Below, piece by piece: positions 39,215 to 49,823 of a stretch of DNA of 64,000 bases (positions are counted from its first letter, which is position 1; every line of letters starts with the position of its first letter). Location: positions 1 through 64,000 of the forward strand of contig CAVPCQ010000032.1 in the NCBI GenBank assembly GCA_963702425.1. Direction: 5' to 3'. Under the pieces are notes generated by a model. The model searched no databases. It was not told the origin of the DNA and saw only the letters and a list, made by a program, of their open reading frames with translations. This stretch comes from an uncultured Acidobacteriota bacterium (GTDB lineage Bacteria > Acidobacteriota > Polarisedimenticolia > J045). Both the position numbers and the translations under genes were made by a program.

Positions 39215-40215
39215 CGTATGGCGACTCGTCAATGACGGCCTCCAACAGGGCGCTGTCGTAGGAGTCGCCGACGTTGCCCACGGACGGGTCGATCCGACCG
39301 TCGTCGCCTCGTTATCGCATCCCTCTCCTGCATTGAGGTGTTGCAATGACCGATTGAAACCAGCCTGCGATCCGCGGCCACTGTGGTGGATCAGTTTGGG
39401 GGAGCAGGGACGTGGCCACAAAGCTCGCTCGAGGGCATCGAGGACCGGATCTGTCCGCATCGAGGTCGACGCACGCCAGCCTACGATGTGACGACCGGAG
39501 ACATTGACCACGCAGACGAAGTAGACAAGGCCGGACCAGGAGGCCAGGTAGGTAAAGGCGGCATCGCACGGGTCGTTCGGACGGAGGGCCTTGAGGCGAC
39601 GATCGACGAGGTCCGGCGGACGGCTTCTGCCGTGCTCGGGCATGGTGGTGATCGCATTCCGGCTGCGTACAACGCCCCTGAGGCTCATCAGTCGCATCAG
39701 GTGCTCGACCGTGCACCGGGCCACGTCGACCTGCTCGCGGTCCGGCTGGCGTTAGATCTTCCGGCCACCGTAGACCTTGAAGCTCCTGTGCCAGACACGC
39801 TCGATCTGTTCGTGAGGCTTGGCGTCACGCTTCAGTTGCTCCGGCAGGAGCATCAGATCCTGCTGGCGGGCCTTCAGCTCGTAGTATGTGGACGGGGCGA
39901 TCGGCGGCATGCTGCAGATCGACTCGACCCCGTACGATTCGCGCTGGCGTCGATCAGCAAGAGCATCATCTCGGTCGACGATCGAGCTCCACCTAGGCCA
40001 CAACTGGCCGACGCCTTCCACAGAAGCCGATTCGCCCGCAGGAGCTCCCCGGTCACCTGCGCCAGCTCGGCCAGCCGCTCCCGCTCGTCAGGCCCGGCCG
40101 CCGGCCCAGATCCCGTTCGCCGGGCGGACCCTCTGACGAGGAGCCGCAGCCGAACAGCCGATCTTGGCGGTGCTCGACCCGAACGCCACCCACTGGGACT
40201 CATGCTCGGCCTGGT
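39215..40215 (-). mobile_element. degenerate IS3-family element
   Basis: OrfA-like ESQW..AKIGC; OrfB-like YGVESIC..IAPSTYY, VYGGRK, IVGWRAS..LDALE, HSGRGSQ, VGDSYD; several stops and shifts. Confidence 0.85.
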
Positions 40216-40304
40216 GCCCGCCTCGGTGCTACCCTTGCCGTGTCGTGAAGCCCACGCCGGAGCGTCTGTCCGCGGCGCCCATCGACGGGTGAGAGGAGGT
40301 AGCG

Positions 40305-41468
40305 ATGTCAGTTTCCGACCAGAGGAGCCCTGCGGCACGCTTCCTGCGAAAGCTGTCGCACGGCGTCGCCGGTGCCCGCACGGGGGCGGTGGAGGCGGCG
40401 ACCTCGGAGGCGCTCTCCGCCGAGCACGCGGACGAAGCGCTCGAGCGAACCATCCAGACGATCGAGCGCGAGTCCGGGGCGAAGCTGGACCCGACGTCGC
40501 GGGCGGAGCTGGAGAGACTCTTCCGCGAGGACGCCAAGCGCGCCATCGAGCAGCTCAAGAAGGAGGGCGTGAAGGCCGAGCTCGACGCCCGGCAGGAGGC
40601 CGCGCTCGAGGCCATCGTGGAAGTCGACGGCTCGCGGCCGACGCTCGCCGTCTCGGCCGAGGACTGGATCGACCTCGACGACCAGACGCTCGGTCAGTGG
40701 CGTGGGGTGGCGAAGAAGTTCGCCGAGCAGATCTCGGCGGTCGCCACCGCCGTCGGTCGGATCGATCTGGACGGGAGACACAAGGGGACGGGCTTCGTGG
40801 TGAAGGGGGGGCTCATCCTCACGAACCGACACGTCCTTCAGGAGCTCGCCCATCAGCGCAGCTCCGGAGAGTGGGAGTTCAAGGGGGAGCCGACGATCAC
40901 CTTCGACGCGAACCCGGAGAAGAGCCGTAGCCGTCAGTTCAAGATTCGGCCGAAGGTGATCCTGGCCGGACCGGACGTCATCGATCCTGCGGCCGTCGAC
41001 TACAACAAGCTGGACTTCGCGATCCTCGAGTGCGAGCCGACCGGCGGGCAGACCTTCCCGGCGCCGCTGTCGCTCGAGAGCGACGCCGACAAGATCGCCG
41101 AGGGGAGGCCCATCTTCGCCATCGGCTACCCGGCCCATCCGGGCTACGACACCTATGAGAGCAACGTGCTCGACAGGCTGTTCCGGTACCGCTACGGCGT
41201 GAAGCGCTTCTCACCCGGCGAGATCGATCGCGGCCTGGGAAGCGCCACCGACGGGACAGGCGAAGCGGTCTTCGCTCACGACGCGACGACCCTCGGGGGG
41301 AACTCCGGCTCCTGTGTGGTCGACCTCGGAAACGACGGGCAGTTGGTGGTGGGACTGCACTTCGCAGGGGTTCCCAAGCAGGCGAACTACGCTCACTCGA
41401 ACGCCCGGCTCCGCGACCGGCTCGCGGACCTCGGACTCAGCTGGAAAGAGTGGATCCCGGTGAGGTGA
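40305..41468 (+). CDS. trypsin-like (V8-type) serine protease
   Basis: GAGGAGG RBS; ALE|AIV..RP; GTGF, TNRHV, LDFA, TLGGNSGS, GLHF. Confidence 0.9.
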   Translation: MSVSDQRSPAARFLRKLSHGVAGARTGAVEAATSEALSAEHADEALERTIQTIERESGAKLDPTSRAELERLFREDAKRAIEQLKKEGVKAELDARQEAALEAIVEVDGSRPTLAVSAEDWIDLDDQTLGQWRGVAKKFAEQISAVATAVGRIDLDGRHKGTGFVVKGGLILTNRHVLQELAHQRSSGEWEFKGEPTITFDANPEKSRSRQFKIRPKVILAGPDVIDPAAVDYNKLDFAILECEPTGGQTFPAPLSLESDADKIAEGRPIFAIGYPAHPGYDTYESNVLDRLFRYRYGVKRFSPGEIDRGLGSATDGTGEAVFAHDATTLGGNSGSCVVDLGNDGQLVVGLHFAGVPKQANYAHSNARLRDRLADLGLSWKEWIPVR

Positions 41469-41471
41469 TAG

Positions 41472-43148
41472 ATGAAGGCACAGGCCGACGCTCTGCTGAA
41501 AGCCCTGGCCGAGTCGGGATGCCAGGGGGCGCGAGACCGGATGTCGGACCTCGTCGACGCGATTCGGGCCCCGATCGACGGCGATGTGACGCGCGCCGTG
41601 CTCGACACGCTTCGGAGCTACCGATGCTTCGCGCTCATGCAGACCTTCGCCACCGAAGCGGCGAAAGTCGCGCAAGGCAATCTCCTGATCTACGTGAAGC
41701 GGCAGCTGGCCCAGGCCAAGATCGAGCTCGGCCATCTCGACGAGGCCGTCACCCTCCTCGAAGCTCTCGCGCAGGACGTCGAGCATGGTGGCTCTGCCAA
41801 GGAGCGGAGCGAGGTCACCGGCCTGTTGGGCCGGACGCACAAGCAGCGCTTCGTCGAGGCGGTTGCCGGGGGAGCGAAGGGAGAGGACGAGCTACGGGCC
41901 GCCGTGCGGGCCTACGGCCAGGTCTTCGACCTGGACCGGGCGTGGCACGGCGCCAACATCGTGGCTCTGGTGGCGAGGGCGGAGAGGGAGGGTCTCTCGG
42001 CGGGCACCGACAACGCGGAGACTTGGGCGCGACGCCTTCTCGATGCGCTCCAGGAGAAGGCCCGTCCCGAGTGGAGTCCCTGGGACTATGCCTCGGCGGG
42101 GGAAGCGTATCTCGCTCTCGGCGACAAAGAGAACGTCGCCGGCTGCTTTGCCCACTACTGGAACATGGCGAACGCGGACGCGTTCGCTCTCGCGGGCACT
42201 GAACGGCAGCTGAGGGAGATCTGGCAGATCACGAGCGAGTCCGCTGACAAGCTGCTGGCCTCTCTCCTCGTGCACCTCGAAGCCAGGAAGTTGGCCGCTC
42301 CAGGGGGCGGCGCACGTTACACCGCGGCCGATCTCCAGACGCTGGCGACGCAGCTCCAAGCGGCAACGGGAAAGGCCGAGGCTACCTTCGGAGCCGGGAG
42401 CGGCATCCCCCTCGGCAGAGTGCTCCGTATTCTCGACAGGGCGAAGTCCATCTGCCGGATCGCAGACATCCACGATCCAAAGAGAGCTGGTACCGGGTTC
42501 CTCGTGAACGGGCCGGACCTGAGTCCTCCCGTCGATGGGGTGTTCGTTCTCACAAACCACCATGTGCTCCACGGAGACGAAGCGGGCGATGCGCTCCTGG
42601 CGAGCGAGGACTACCGGGCTTCGATCGACGTCCAGCGGGCGCAGGCGGAGTTCCACTACTGGGAAGGACTCCCCAAGTCCCGGACGATCAAGCTCGGGAA
42701 GGTGATTCGCTCGTCACCGAGGTGTGAGGCGGATTTCGCCTTGGCTTCCCTCTCGGAAGCGGTCCCCGCGAACCTCGCGCTCCCCTTGTCGCGAACGCTG
42801 AAGCCCCTCGGGTCCCGCAACTTCACGGATCCGAAACGGCGGGCCAAGGTCTTCGTCGTCGGCCATCCGCAGGGGGGCGATCTCAGCTTCAGCCTCAGCG
42901 ACAACGAGGTCGTCGACCACGAGCTGGACGACAATCCCTGCGGTCATCCCCGGCGCATCCACTACCGCACCCCCACCGAGCCTGGAAGCTCGGGGAGCCC
43001 CGTGTTCGAAAGCGAGACGCTCGAGGTGGTCGGCCTGCATCGATCGGGGCGAGCGGATCCGCTGCGCCCCGATTGGCCGCGCACCAAGAGCGACGAGGTC
43101 TACGAGGCCAACGAGGCCGTCTCCATGCGGTCGCTGCTGGGCCTCTGA
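41472..43148 (+). CDS. TPR-S-like helical domain plus trypsin-like protease
   Basis: GLLGRTHKQ..AY..W.YASAGEA helical sensor-like region; GTGF, TNHHV, ADFA, TEPGSSGSP, GLH. Confidence 0.85.
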   Translation: MKAQADALLKALAESGCQGARDRMSDLVDAIRAPIDGDVTRAVLDTLRSYRCFALMQTFATEAAKVAQGNLLIYVKRQLAQAKIELGHLDEAVTLLEALAQDVEHGGSAKERSEVTGLLGRTHKQRFVEAVAGGAKGEDELRAAVRAYGQVFDLDRAWHGANIVALVARAEREGLSAGTDNAETWARRLLDALQEKARPEWSPWDYASAGEAYLALGDKENVAGCFAHYWNMANADAFALAGTERQLREIWQITSESADKLLASLLVHLEARKLAAPGGGARYTAADLQTLATQLQAATGKAEATFGAGSGIPLGRVLRILDRAKSICRIADIHDPKRAGTGFLVNGPDLSPPVDGVFVLTNHHVLHGDEAGDALLASEDYRASIDVQRAQAEFHYWEGLPKSRTIKLGKVIRSSPRCEADFALASLSEAVPANLALPLSRTLKPLGSRNFTDPKRRAKVFVVGHPQGGDLSFSLSDNEVVDHELDDNPCGHPRRIHYRTPTEPGSSGSPVFESETLEVVGLHRSGRADPLRPDWPRTKSDEVYEANEAVSMRSLLGL

Positions 43149-43168
43149 GGCCCTCCGGGGAGGACGAC

Positions 43169-46100
43169 CTGCCGCAGCCGGCGACATTCCGCGTGTTCAT
43201 TTCGGCCGTCAGCGGCGAGTTGGGGAGTTGGCGTCGCGAGGTCGCTCGCGCCCTTCGCCGGAAGGGGCTGGAGGTCCGGGACCAGGAGCACTTCCGCCAG
43301 GGAGGGGGGACGCTTCTCGAGAGTCTGAGGGACTACATCCAGAAGTGCGATGCCGTGATCCTGCTCGTCGGCGAGCGCTGCGGGGCCTTCCCGACCGAGG
43401 AGCACGCTCGCGCGCTCGGGGTGGTTCCGGCCTTCGAGGACTATCGGAGTGCCAAGGGGCAGTCGGATGCGTCCTACACCCAGTGGGAACTCCTCCTCGC
43501 GCGGCACTACGGCAGGAAGACCTACGCCTTCGTGACCGAGGCCGGTTTCACGCCCGACAAGCCGAACGACGAGCCCGCTGAGCTTCGAGCGCGCCAGCAG
43601 ACCTACCGGGAGTGGATCGATCAGACGGGCCTGCATCGCGGACCCCTCACCACGGTCGAGAAGCTGATCGAGGACGTGCTCGTCCTGGACTTTCCCGACC
43701 TGGGTCGGCCAGCGCCCGTCTCCCTCCCCTACCCGAGCCTGGGCACCCTCTTCAAGGGGCGGAGGGGCTTTCTCGAGCAGCTACGGACGAGCCTGGAACG
43801 GCTGGGCGAGGGCCAGGCGACGGCGATCGTGGGCCGGGCGCTCCACGGGCTGGGCGGGGTCGGCAAGACCCGTCTGGCCGTCGAGTACGCCTGGCAGCAC
43901 CGGGAGGACTACACCGCCCTTCTCTTCGTTGCGGCCCAGACGCCCGAGGACCTTCGGCGCAACGTGGCAGCGCTGTGCGGCCCGCTGATCCTGGACCTGC
44001 CGGAGAAGGACGCCGCAGAGGAGGAGACGCGCGTGGCCGCGGCGTTGCGGTGGCTCGCCGAGCATCCGCGCTGGTTCCTCATCCTGGACAACCTCGACAC
44101 GAAGGCGGCGGCGGAGGGTGCCGAGGAGCTCATGGCGCAGCTCCAGGGCGGGCACGTCGTCCTGACGAGCCGGCTGAGCGAGTGGAGCGGAAGCGTCGAA
44201 CCCCTGGAGCTGGACGTGCTGGCGAAGGAGGATGCGGCGGCCTTCCTGCTGGAGCGGACGGAGCGTGCCCGGCGGCGGCGACGCACGGACGCGGCCGACG
44301 CCAGAGAGCTCGCCGCGGAACTCGACGGCCTCGCCCTGGCCTTGGAGCAGGCAGGGGCCTACATCGTCCAGCGCAAGCTCAGCCTGGCGGACTACCGGTC
44401 GAAGTGGCACGACCAGGAGTCCGGGGTGAAGGAGTGGCACGACGATCGGGTGATGAAGTACCCGCGCAGCGTGGCGGTGACGTGGCAGACGACGATCGAG
44501 CAACTGGGCCCTGGAGAAGTGGCGCTCCTCGGGCTGCTCGCGTGGATGGCGCCGGAGCCGCTGCCTCTCTTCGTCCTGGAGGCAGCGGGAGCGGAGACGC
44601 TGTGGCAGGAAGCCGTGGGGCTCCTGGGTGCCGGGAATCTGCCGTCCGGTCCGCTCCTCGACGAGCTGGCGACGCTCTCGAACTACTCCATGGTCCGCTG
44701 GGACGCCGAAGGCGAGAGCGTGTCCGTGCACCGGGTCGTCCAGGAGATCCTGCGCACGCGGGTCCCGGAGGCCCAGCGGAGGGCCTGGTTGACCCTCAGC
44801 TTGCGCTTGCTAGCCGGCGCGCGTCCAGGCGACCCGACGGATGTGCGGACCTGGCCACGCTGGGACCTGCTGCGGTCGCACGTGGCTCTGACCGTTGCGC
44901 GGGCCGAGGAGGCGGGCAATCCCGATCCGACGGCGTTGCTGCTCGGCGAGCTCGGGCTGCTCCTGTCCGAGAAAGCTCTCCACGCGCAGGCGGAGCCGCT
45001 GCTGCGGCGGGCGCTGTCGATCGACGAGGCGAGCTACGGCCCCGAGCATCCCAACGTCGCGAGGCACCTCAACAACCTGGCCTGCTGCTTCAGGCGACGA
45101 ACCGTCTGGGGGAGGCAGAGCCGCTGATGCGGCGGGCACTGTCGATCGACGAGGCGAGCTACGGCCCCGAGCACCCCAACGTCGCGATCCGCCTCAACAA
45201 CCTGGCCTCGCTGCTTCAGGAGACGAATCGACCGGGGGAGGCGGAGCCGCTGATGCGGCGGGCGCTGTCGATCGACGAAGCGAGCTACGGCCCCGAGCAT
45301 CCCAATGTCGCGATCCGCCTCAACAACCTGGCCTCGCTGCTTCAGGCGACGAACCGTCTGGGGGAGGCGGAGCCGCTGATGCGGCGGGCGCTGTCGATCG
45401 ACGAGGCGAGCTACGGCCCCGAGCATCCCAACGTCGCGATCCGCCTCAACAACCTGGCCTCGCTGCTTCAGGCGACGAACCGTCTGGGGGAGGCGGAGCC
45501 GCTGATGCGGCGGGCGCTGTCGATCGACGAGGCGAGCTACGGTCCCGAGCATCCCAACGTCGCGATCCGCCTCAACAACCTGGCCTCGCTGCTTCAGGAG
45601 ACGAACCGCCTGGGGGAGGCGGAGCCGCTGATACGGCGGGCGCTGTCGATCGACGAGGCGAGCTACGGCCCCGAGCATCCCACCGTCGCGAGGGACCTCA
45701 ACAACCTGGCCTCGCTGCTTCAGGATACGAACCGTCTGGGGGAGGCGGAGCCGCTGCTGCGGCGGGCGCTGTCGATCAACGAGGCGAGCTACGGCCCCGA
45801 GCATCCCAACGTCGCGATCTGCCTCAACAACCTGGCCTCGCTGCTTCAGGCGACGAACCGTCTGGGGGAGGCGGAGCCGCTGATGCGGCGGGCACTGTCG
45901 ATCGACGAGGCGAGCTACGGTCCCGAGCATCCCAACGTCGCGATCCACCTGAACAACCTTGGCTTCCTGCTTCTGGATTCGAACCGTCTGAGGGAAGCGG
46001 AGCCGCTGATGCGGCGGGGCATCGAGATCCTGGCGCATTTCACACGGCGGACGGGACACCCGCATCCTCATCTCGAGGCCGCGCTTTCGAACTACGTCGG

Positions 46101-46176
46101 TCTCCTCAAGGGGCTGGGCCACGGTGAGGCGGAAATCCAGAAGAAGCTGAACGCCGTCATGAGTTTCGGCGCGTGA
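43169..46176 (+). CDS. NLR-like protein: DUF4062/TIR-like, NB-ARC and TPR array; frameshift near 45083
   Basis: VFISAVSGEL N-domain; GLGGVGKT and LILDN; 42-aa TPRs; first repeat lacks one C relative to sister repeats; start codon (CTG) uncertain. Confidence 0.85.
44990..46015 (+). repeat. about 8 tandem 126-bp TPR-coding repeats
   Basis: GC(G/A)GAGCCGCTG recurs at about 44990, 45115, 45241, 45367, 45493, 45619, 45745, 45871, 45997. Confidence 0.92.
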
Positions 46177-46214
46177 CGCGCGGGCGACCGCCGGCCGGGC
46201 TTTCTTCCCCTCCG

Positions 46215-47711
46215 CTACTTGTACGTCACCCAGGAGATCCCGAGGTTGGTGCCGTAGGTGTTGACCTTCATCTTCGCGTAGCGGCCGGCGCTGGTCTTGA
46301 TCGCGATCACCGTGCCGGGCTTGAGCTTGTTGGCCGGCTTGTTGCTGCCATCGATCGGGTTCGCCGTGTAGGGCTGGGCCGCCAGGGTCTGGAGCGAGAT
46401 GGCCTCGAAGTCGGGCTTGCCCATATGGGCCAGCATGGCTCCGCTCTGGGGCATGAGGTACCGGGTCACGGAGTTGACCTGCTGCCACCAGATGTCCGCC
46501 CCGCCGTCAGGGCCCGCGACCCCGGCATCGAAGTCGAACGTCCAGGTCCCCTTCAGCGTGGTGGTTCCCCTCGACTGCACCGCGAGCTCGTTCCAGCCCA
46601 GGTGGCCTCGGGTGAAATCGCAGACCGCCGGCGTGTTCTGGCACATCAGGCACGGTACGAAGTGCTCGGCGCAGGACTCGCAGTTGCCGTTCGCGATCCG
46701 GTAGCGCCCGAAGCGCGACGTGCAGTCGCACTCGCTCGAGGCGTACTCGTCGGGGCAGCCGAAGACATGTCCGGTCTCGTGGGCGAGGACGAGATTGAAG
46801 TTGTCGATTCCCCAGCCGTCCACCTTGAAGTCCATCACCAGGTGGTTGCCCCACTCGTACCCGAACCACACGACGGGGTGTTTGGTGACGAAGATGGCGT
46901 ACGCGTGCTGAGCGTCGTACTTGGCCTTGATGTCCGCGATGAACTTCCTCATGCCGGTCATGCTTTGCGCATACCCCAGCGCGCCCATGGCCGCGTCGCG
47001 CCAGGTGTCCTCCCAGGCTTCCTTCTCGGCGGCCGGGAAGTCCGACTTCTTCAGCGAGATCTTGGGACACCGGACGTCGTAGAACCACTGGATCCCCGCG
47101 CGCGGCTCGAAGCCGCCCAGCATGTTCAGCCCCTCCGCGGTCTCCGAGATCACCTTGAGCTTCTCGGCGGCGGTGATCGCGTACGAGGAGACCGTGGAGT
47201 CCACGAAGACGAGGCCCACGCCGATCCGACCGACGAGCACCGGGATGCTCATGGCCGGAGCGCCTTCGAGCAGGGCTCCCGCTTCCGGAGCGTGCCGCGC
47301 CTCCCAGCCTCGAATGAGGCTCTGGATCTCAGCGGGCGGATGAGGGGGCTGCCGGCCCTCGGCGTCCCAGTTCACACCGGCGGCCTCGCGCGTCAGGAAG
47401 GACTCGAGCCTCGCGGCGCTCACATGGTCGTTCCACGCCCGGGCCGCGTACGCCACGAGAGGCGAGGCCCGCCTGAGCACCGACGCCTTCACCGCGCCGG
47501 TGCTTGCGGACGCAATCCCGGGGAGCTTCGCGATGCTCGCCACCCGCGCTGCCGGCAGCGAGACCACAATCACCTCGGGCGGACAGGCATGGAGAACCCG
47601 ACCGCCCGCCTTCTCGATCGCCCGGATCGTCCGCTCCGTCCCCTTCAGGTCCTTCGCCTCGAGCTGAAGGAAGACCTCTTGCATCCCACCGACCTGCTTT
47701 CTCTGCGGCAT
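46215..47711 (-). CDS. zinc metalloprotease with N-terminal prodomain
   Basis: AAGGAGG RBS; LAHETGHVFGCPDEY zinc motif; Cys cluster and CLM Met-turn-like; C-terminal beta domain. Confidence 0.85.
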   Translation of the reverse strand: MPQRKQVGGMQEVFLQLEAKDLKGTERTIRAIEKAGGRVLHACPPEVIVVSLPAARVASIAKLPGIASASTGAVKASVLRRASPLVAYAARAWNDHVSAARLESFLTREAAGVNWDAEGRQPPHPPAEIQSLIRGWEARHAPEAGALLEGAPAMSIPVLVGRIGVGLVFVDSTVSSYAITAAEKLKVISETAEGLNMLGGFEPRAGIQWFYDVRCPKISLKKSDFPAAEKEAWEDTWRDAAMGALGYAQSMTGMRKFIADIKAKYDAQHAYAIFVTKHPVVWFGYEWGNHLVMDFKVDGWGIDNFNLVLAHETGHVFGCPDEYASSECDCTSRFGRYRIANGNCESCAEHFVPCLMCQNTPAVCDFTRGHLGWNELAVQSRGTTTLKGTWTFDFDAGVAGPDGGADIWWQQVNSVTRYLMPQSGAMLAHMGKPDFEAISLQTLAAQPYTANPIDGSNKPANKLKPGTVIAIKTSAGRYAKMKVNTYGTNLGISWVTYK

Positions 47712-47761
47712 GTCCGGCCTCCTTCTGCGCACGCTGACTCGCGCGTCCGCCACTCCCCTCT

Positions 47762-48220
47762 CTATGCCCCGTCCAGTTTGTCGCTCTTGCCCGATCTGGG
47801 CTTGCGGGACGGGTCACTTGCAGCCTCGGCCTCCCGCCGGCGCAGATACTCGCGAACGGATGCCGGCGGGTCGGGCGGGAGAAACCCGGGCGCATCCCAG
47901 CTCTCACCGCGTCCCTTCACGCGCCCTCCCTCGGCCTTCGATCGGAGGCGCTCGTTCCACGCTGCGGCGGCGAGGCGGAGTGGCTCGGGCAGAGCGGCGA
48001 GTTCGGAATCGGGAAGCTGGTCCGCAATCACCCGCACTCCAGGGAGACAGCGGATGGAGTCGAAGTCGGCACGGCGAAGCGCGGCGATGACGCACCAGGG
48101 AGGAAACGAGTGGGCTGGCGCGATGCCATGCTCCTTCAGGGACCGCGCGAGCGCGGCCCAGCCCGCATCGCTTGCCGCCACGATCAGGGCATCGAGGCGA
48201 TCCCCTTCTCCCTCCGGCAA
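47762..48220 (-). CDS. stand-alone paralogue of the metalloprotease prodomain
   Basis: HSFPP..LPGV..AAAAWN..WDAPGFLPPDPPA matches HACPP..LPGI..AARAWN..WDAEGRQPPHPPA of the next gene; TTG start. Confidence 0.75.
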   Translation of the reverse strand: MPEGEGDRLDALIVAASDAGWAALARSLKEHGIAPAHSFPPWCVIAALRRADFDSIRCLPGVRVIADQLPDSELAALPEPLRLAAAAWNERLRSKAEGGRVKGRGESWDAPGFLPPDPPASVREYLRRREAEAASDPSRKPRSGKSDKLDGA

Positions 48221-48535
48221 TTCCGATTCTCCAAGGCCAAAGCGGTGGCCGCGCGGTGGGCGCCCGCCGACAGCTCAGCGCGCGAAGAGCGCGAACAGCG
48301 CGAAGTGCCCACGTCGACAGGCGCCAACGTCCAGCTCCGCCTCCGGCGCGGCTTCGATCGAGCGAATCGTAGCTCCCGGGCGGAGAGGCGGTCAATGACT
48401 TTCGCTGAGTCCAGTCGCAGACGCTGAGCGAGCGACTTCCGATCAGCGGATTACTTACGAGTTGCTCCGCGAAGCCCGTCTCGTCTCGGGGGCAAGTCCC
48501 TCGCCTTCACGCCCCGGTGCTTGTAGGATACGCGG

Positions 48536-49159
48536 ATGCCATCCCCTGCCTTTCTGGCCTCGCTCCCCTTCATCCTCCGCTGGGAGGGCGGCTACGTGGA
48601 CCACCCCGCCGACCCCGGCGGACGCACGAACAAGGGGGTCACGCAGGGCGTGTACGACCGCTGGCGTGTGGCGCAGGGCCTGTCCGCGCGTCACGTCAGG
48701 TTGATCGACGACGCCGAGGTCGCGGCGATCTACGAGAGCGGGTATTGGATCCCGCCGCGGTGCGACCGCCTGCGCCGCCGGCTCGACCTCCTGCACTTCG
48801 ACACCGCGGTGAACATGGGGCCCGGCCGCGCCGTCCGCTTCCTACAGGGGGCGCTCAACTGCTCCGTCGACGGCGCGTTCGGCTCCGGTACGGAACGAGC
48901 GGCCGCCGAATGCGAGCTCCTGCCGACCATCGAGGCGTATTGCGAGGCGCGGCTGAACTACTATCGCCGCCTGACCGACCAGCGGCCCGAGCTTCGCGTC
49001 TTCCTGAAAGGCTGGACCAACCGGGTCAATGCGCTCAAGTCCGAGATCGGCCTCGGGGGGCCCGAGGCGACGCTCGAGGTCAACTTCGGCGAATCCGGTT
49101 ACATCGCCCGGATCCCCGACCTGGGGATCGATCCGGCCTACGACCTCGACGAGCCCTGA
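48536..49159 (+). CDS. GH108 lysozyme with peptidoglycan-binding region and acidic tail
   Basis: WEGGYVDHPADPGGRTNKGVT, FDTAVNMG, FLKGWTNR; TAGGAT -10 ends 7 nt before the ATG. Confidence 0.9.
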   Translation: MPSPAFLASLPFILRWEGGYVDHPADPGGRTNKGVTQGVYDRWRVAQGLSARHVRLIDDAEVAAIYESGYWIPPRCDRLRRRLDLLHFDTAVNMGPGRAVRFLQGALNCSVDGAFGSGTERAAAECELLPTIEAYCEARLNYYRRLTDQRPELRVFLKGWTNRVNALKSEIGLGGPEATLEVNFGESGYIARIPDLGIDPAYDLDEP

Positions 49160-49195
49160 CCAGGGCTCCTCGGCTCCCGGCTGATGCGCCTCGCG

Positions 49196-49765
49196 TCAGT
49201 CGAGAATCTCGTACGTGCAGGCGAAGGCCGCGGCGGCAACGCGGTAGGTGTCCGCCGGATCCTTCGGGTCCTGGACGATCGCATCGCCCGGCTTCGCGAT
49301 CATGCGCTCGCCCCACGGGGCGGTGAACGCAAACTCGCCTTGCTCCGGCTTCAGGACGAAGAACCGCATGATCTTGCCGAGCGGCTTGTACTCCTGCCAT
49401 CCGGCCGCTTGCCCGGGCTTGCCGGTGCTCTCGTAGCGCTCCTTGAACTTGTCCGCGGCGACGAGGTACTCCTCGTTCCCCGTGGCCTCGCACCGGTTTC
49501 GGACGACCCAGTCGCCACTCGCTGCGGGGCGACTCGTGGTCTCCTTGCCCTCCCCGGCAAGCACCGTCACGATCACCTCGCCGGGCTTCGCCGGCCGCAC
49601 ATCGACGGGCTTCGTCTTCCGGGCCTCGTGCACGAGGCCGCGCGCTTCGGCTTCCTTCATCAGGCCGCGCACCTGGTCGAGGGTCCAATCTCCGCCAAAG
49701 GATGGGGTCGGTTGGCTCATCAGGAGGACTCCTAGTCCGAGGAGCAGCACTGCAGTCTTCAGCAT
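49196..49765 (-). CDS. secreted PGDYG-like protein
   Basis: signal peptide; ARKT..ET..GDWVV..EEY..KF..Y and APWGE..KPGDAIV..Y..AF..TY duplicated motif. Confidence 0.7.
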   Translation of the reverse strand: MLKTAVLLLGLGVLLMSQPTPSFGGDWTLDQVRGLMKEAEARGLVHEARKTKPVDVRPAKPGEVIVTVLAGEGKETTSRPAASGDWVVRNRCEATGNEEYLVAADKFKERYESTGKPGQAAGWQEYKPLGKIMRFFVLKPEQGEFAFTAPWGERMIAKPGDAIVQDPKDPADTYRVAAAAFACTYEILD

Positions 49766-49823
49766 GGATCCCTCAACTCAATTCGAACCCGCCGTGGACG
49801 CTCCACGAATGCTCGCACGAGCG

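Noticed and set aside
44990-46015. Regular repeats as a CRISPR array
   Set aside because: 126-bp units are contiguous, in frame and encode TPRs; no unique spacers or cas genes.
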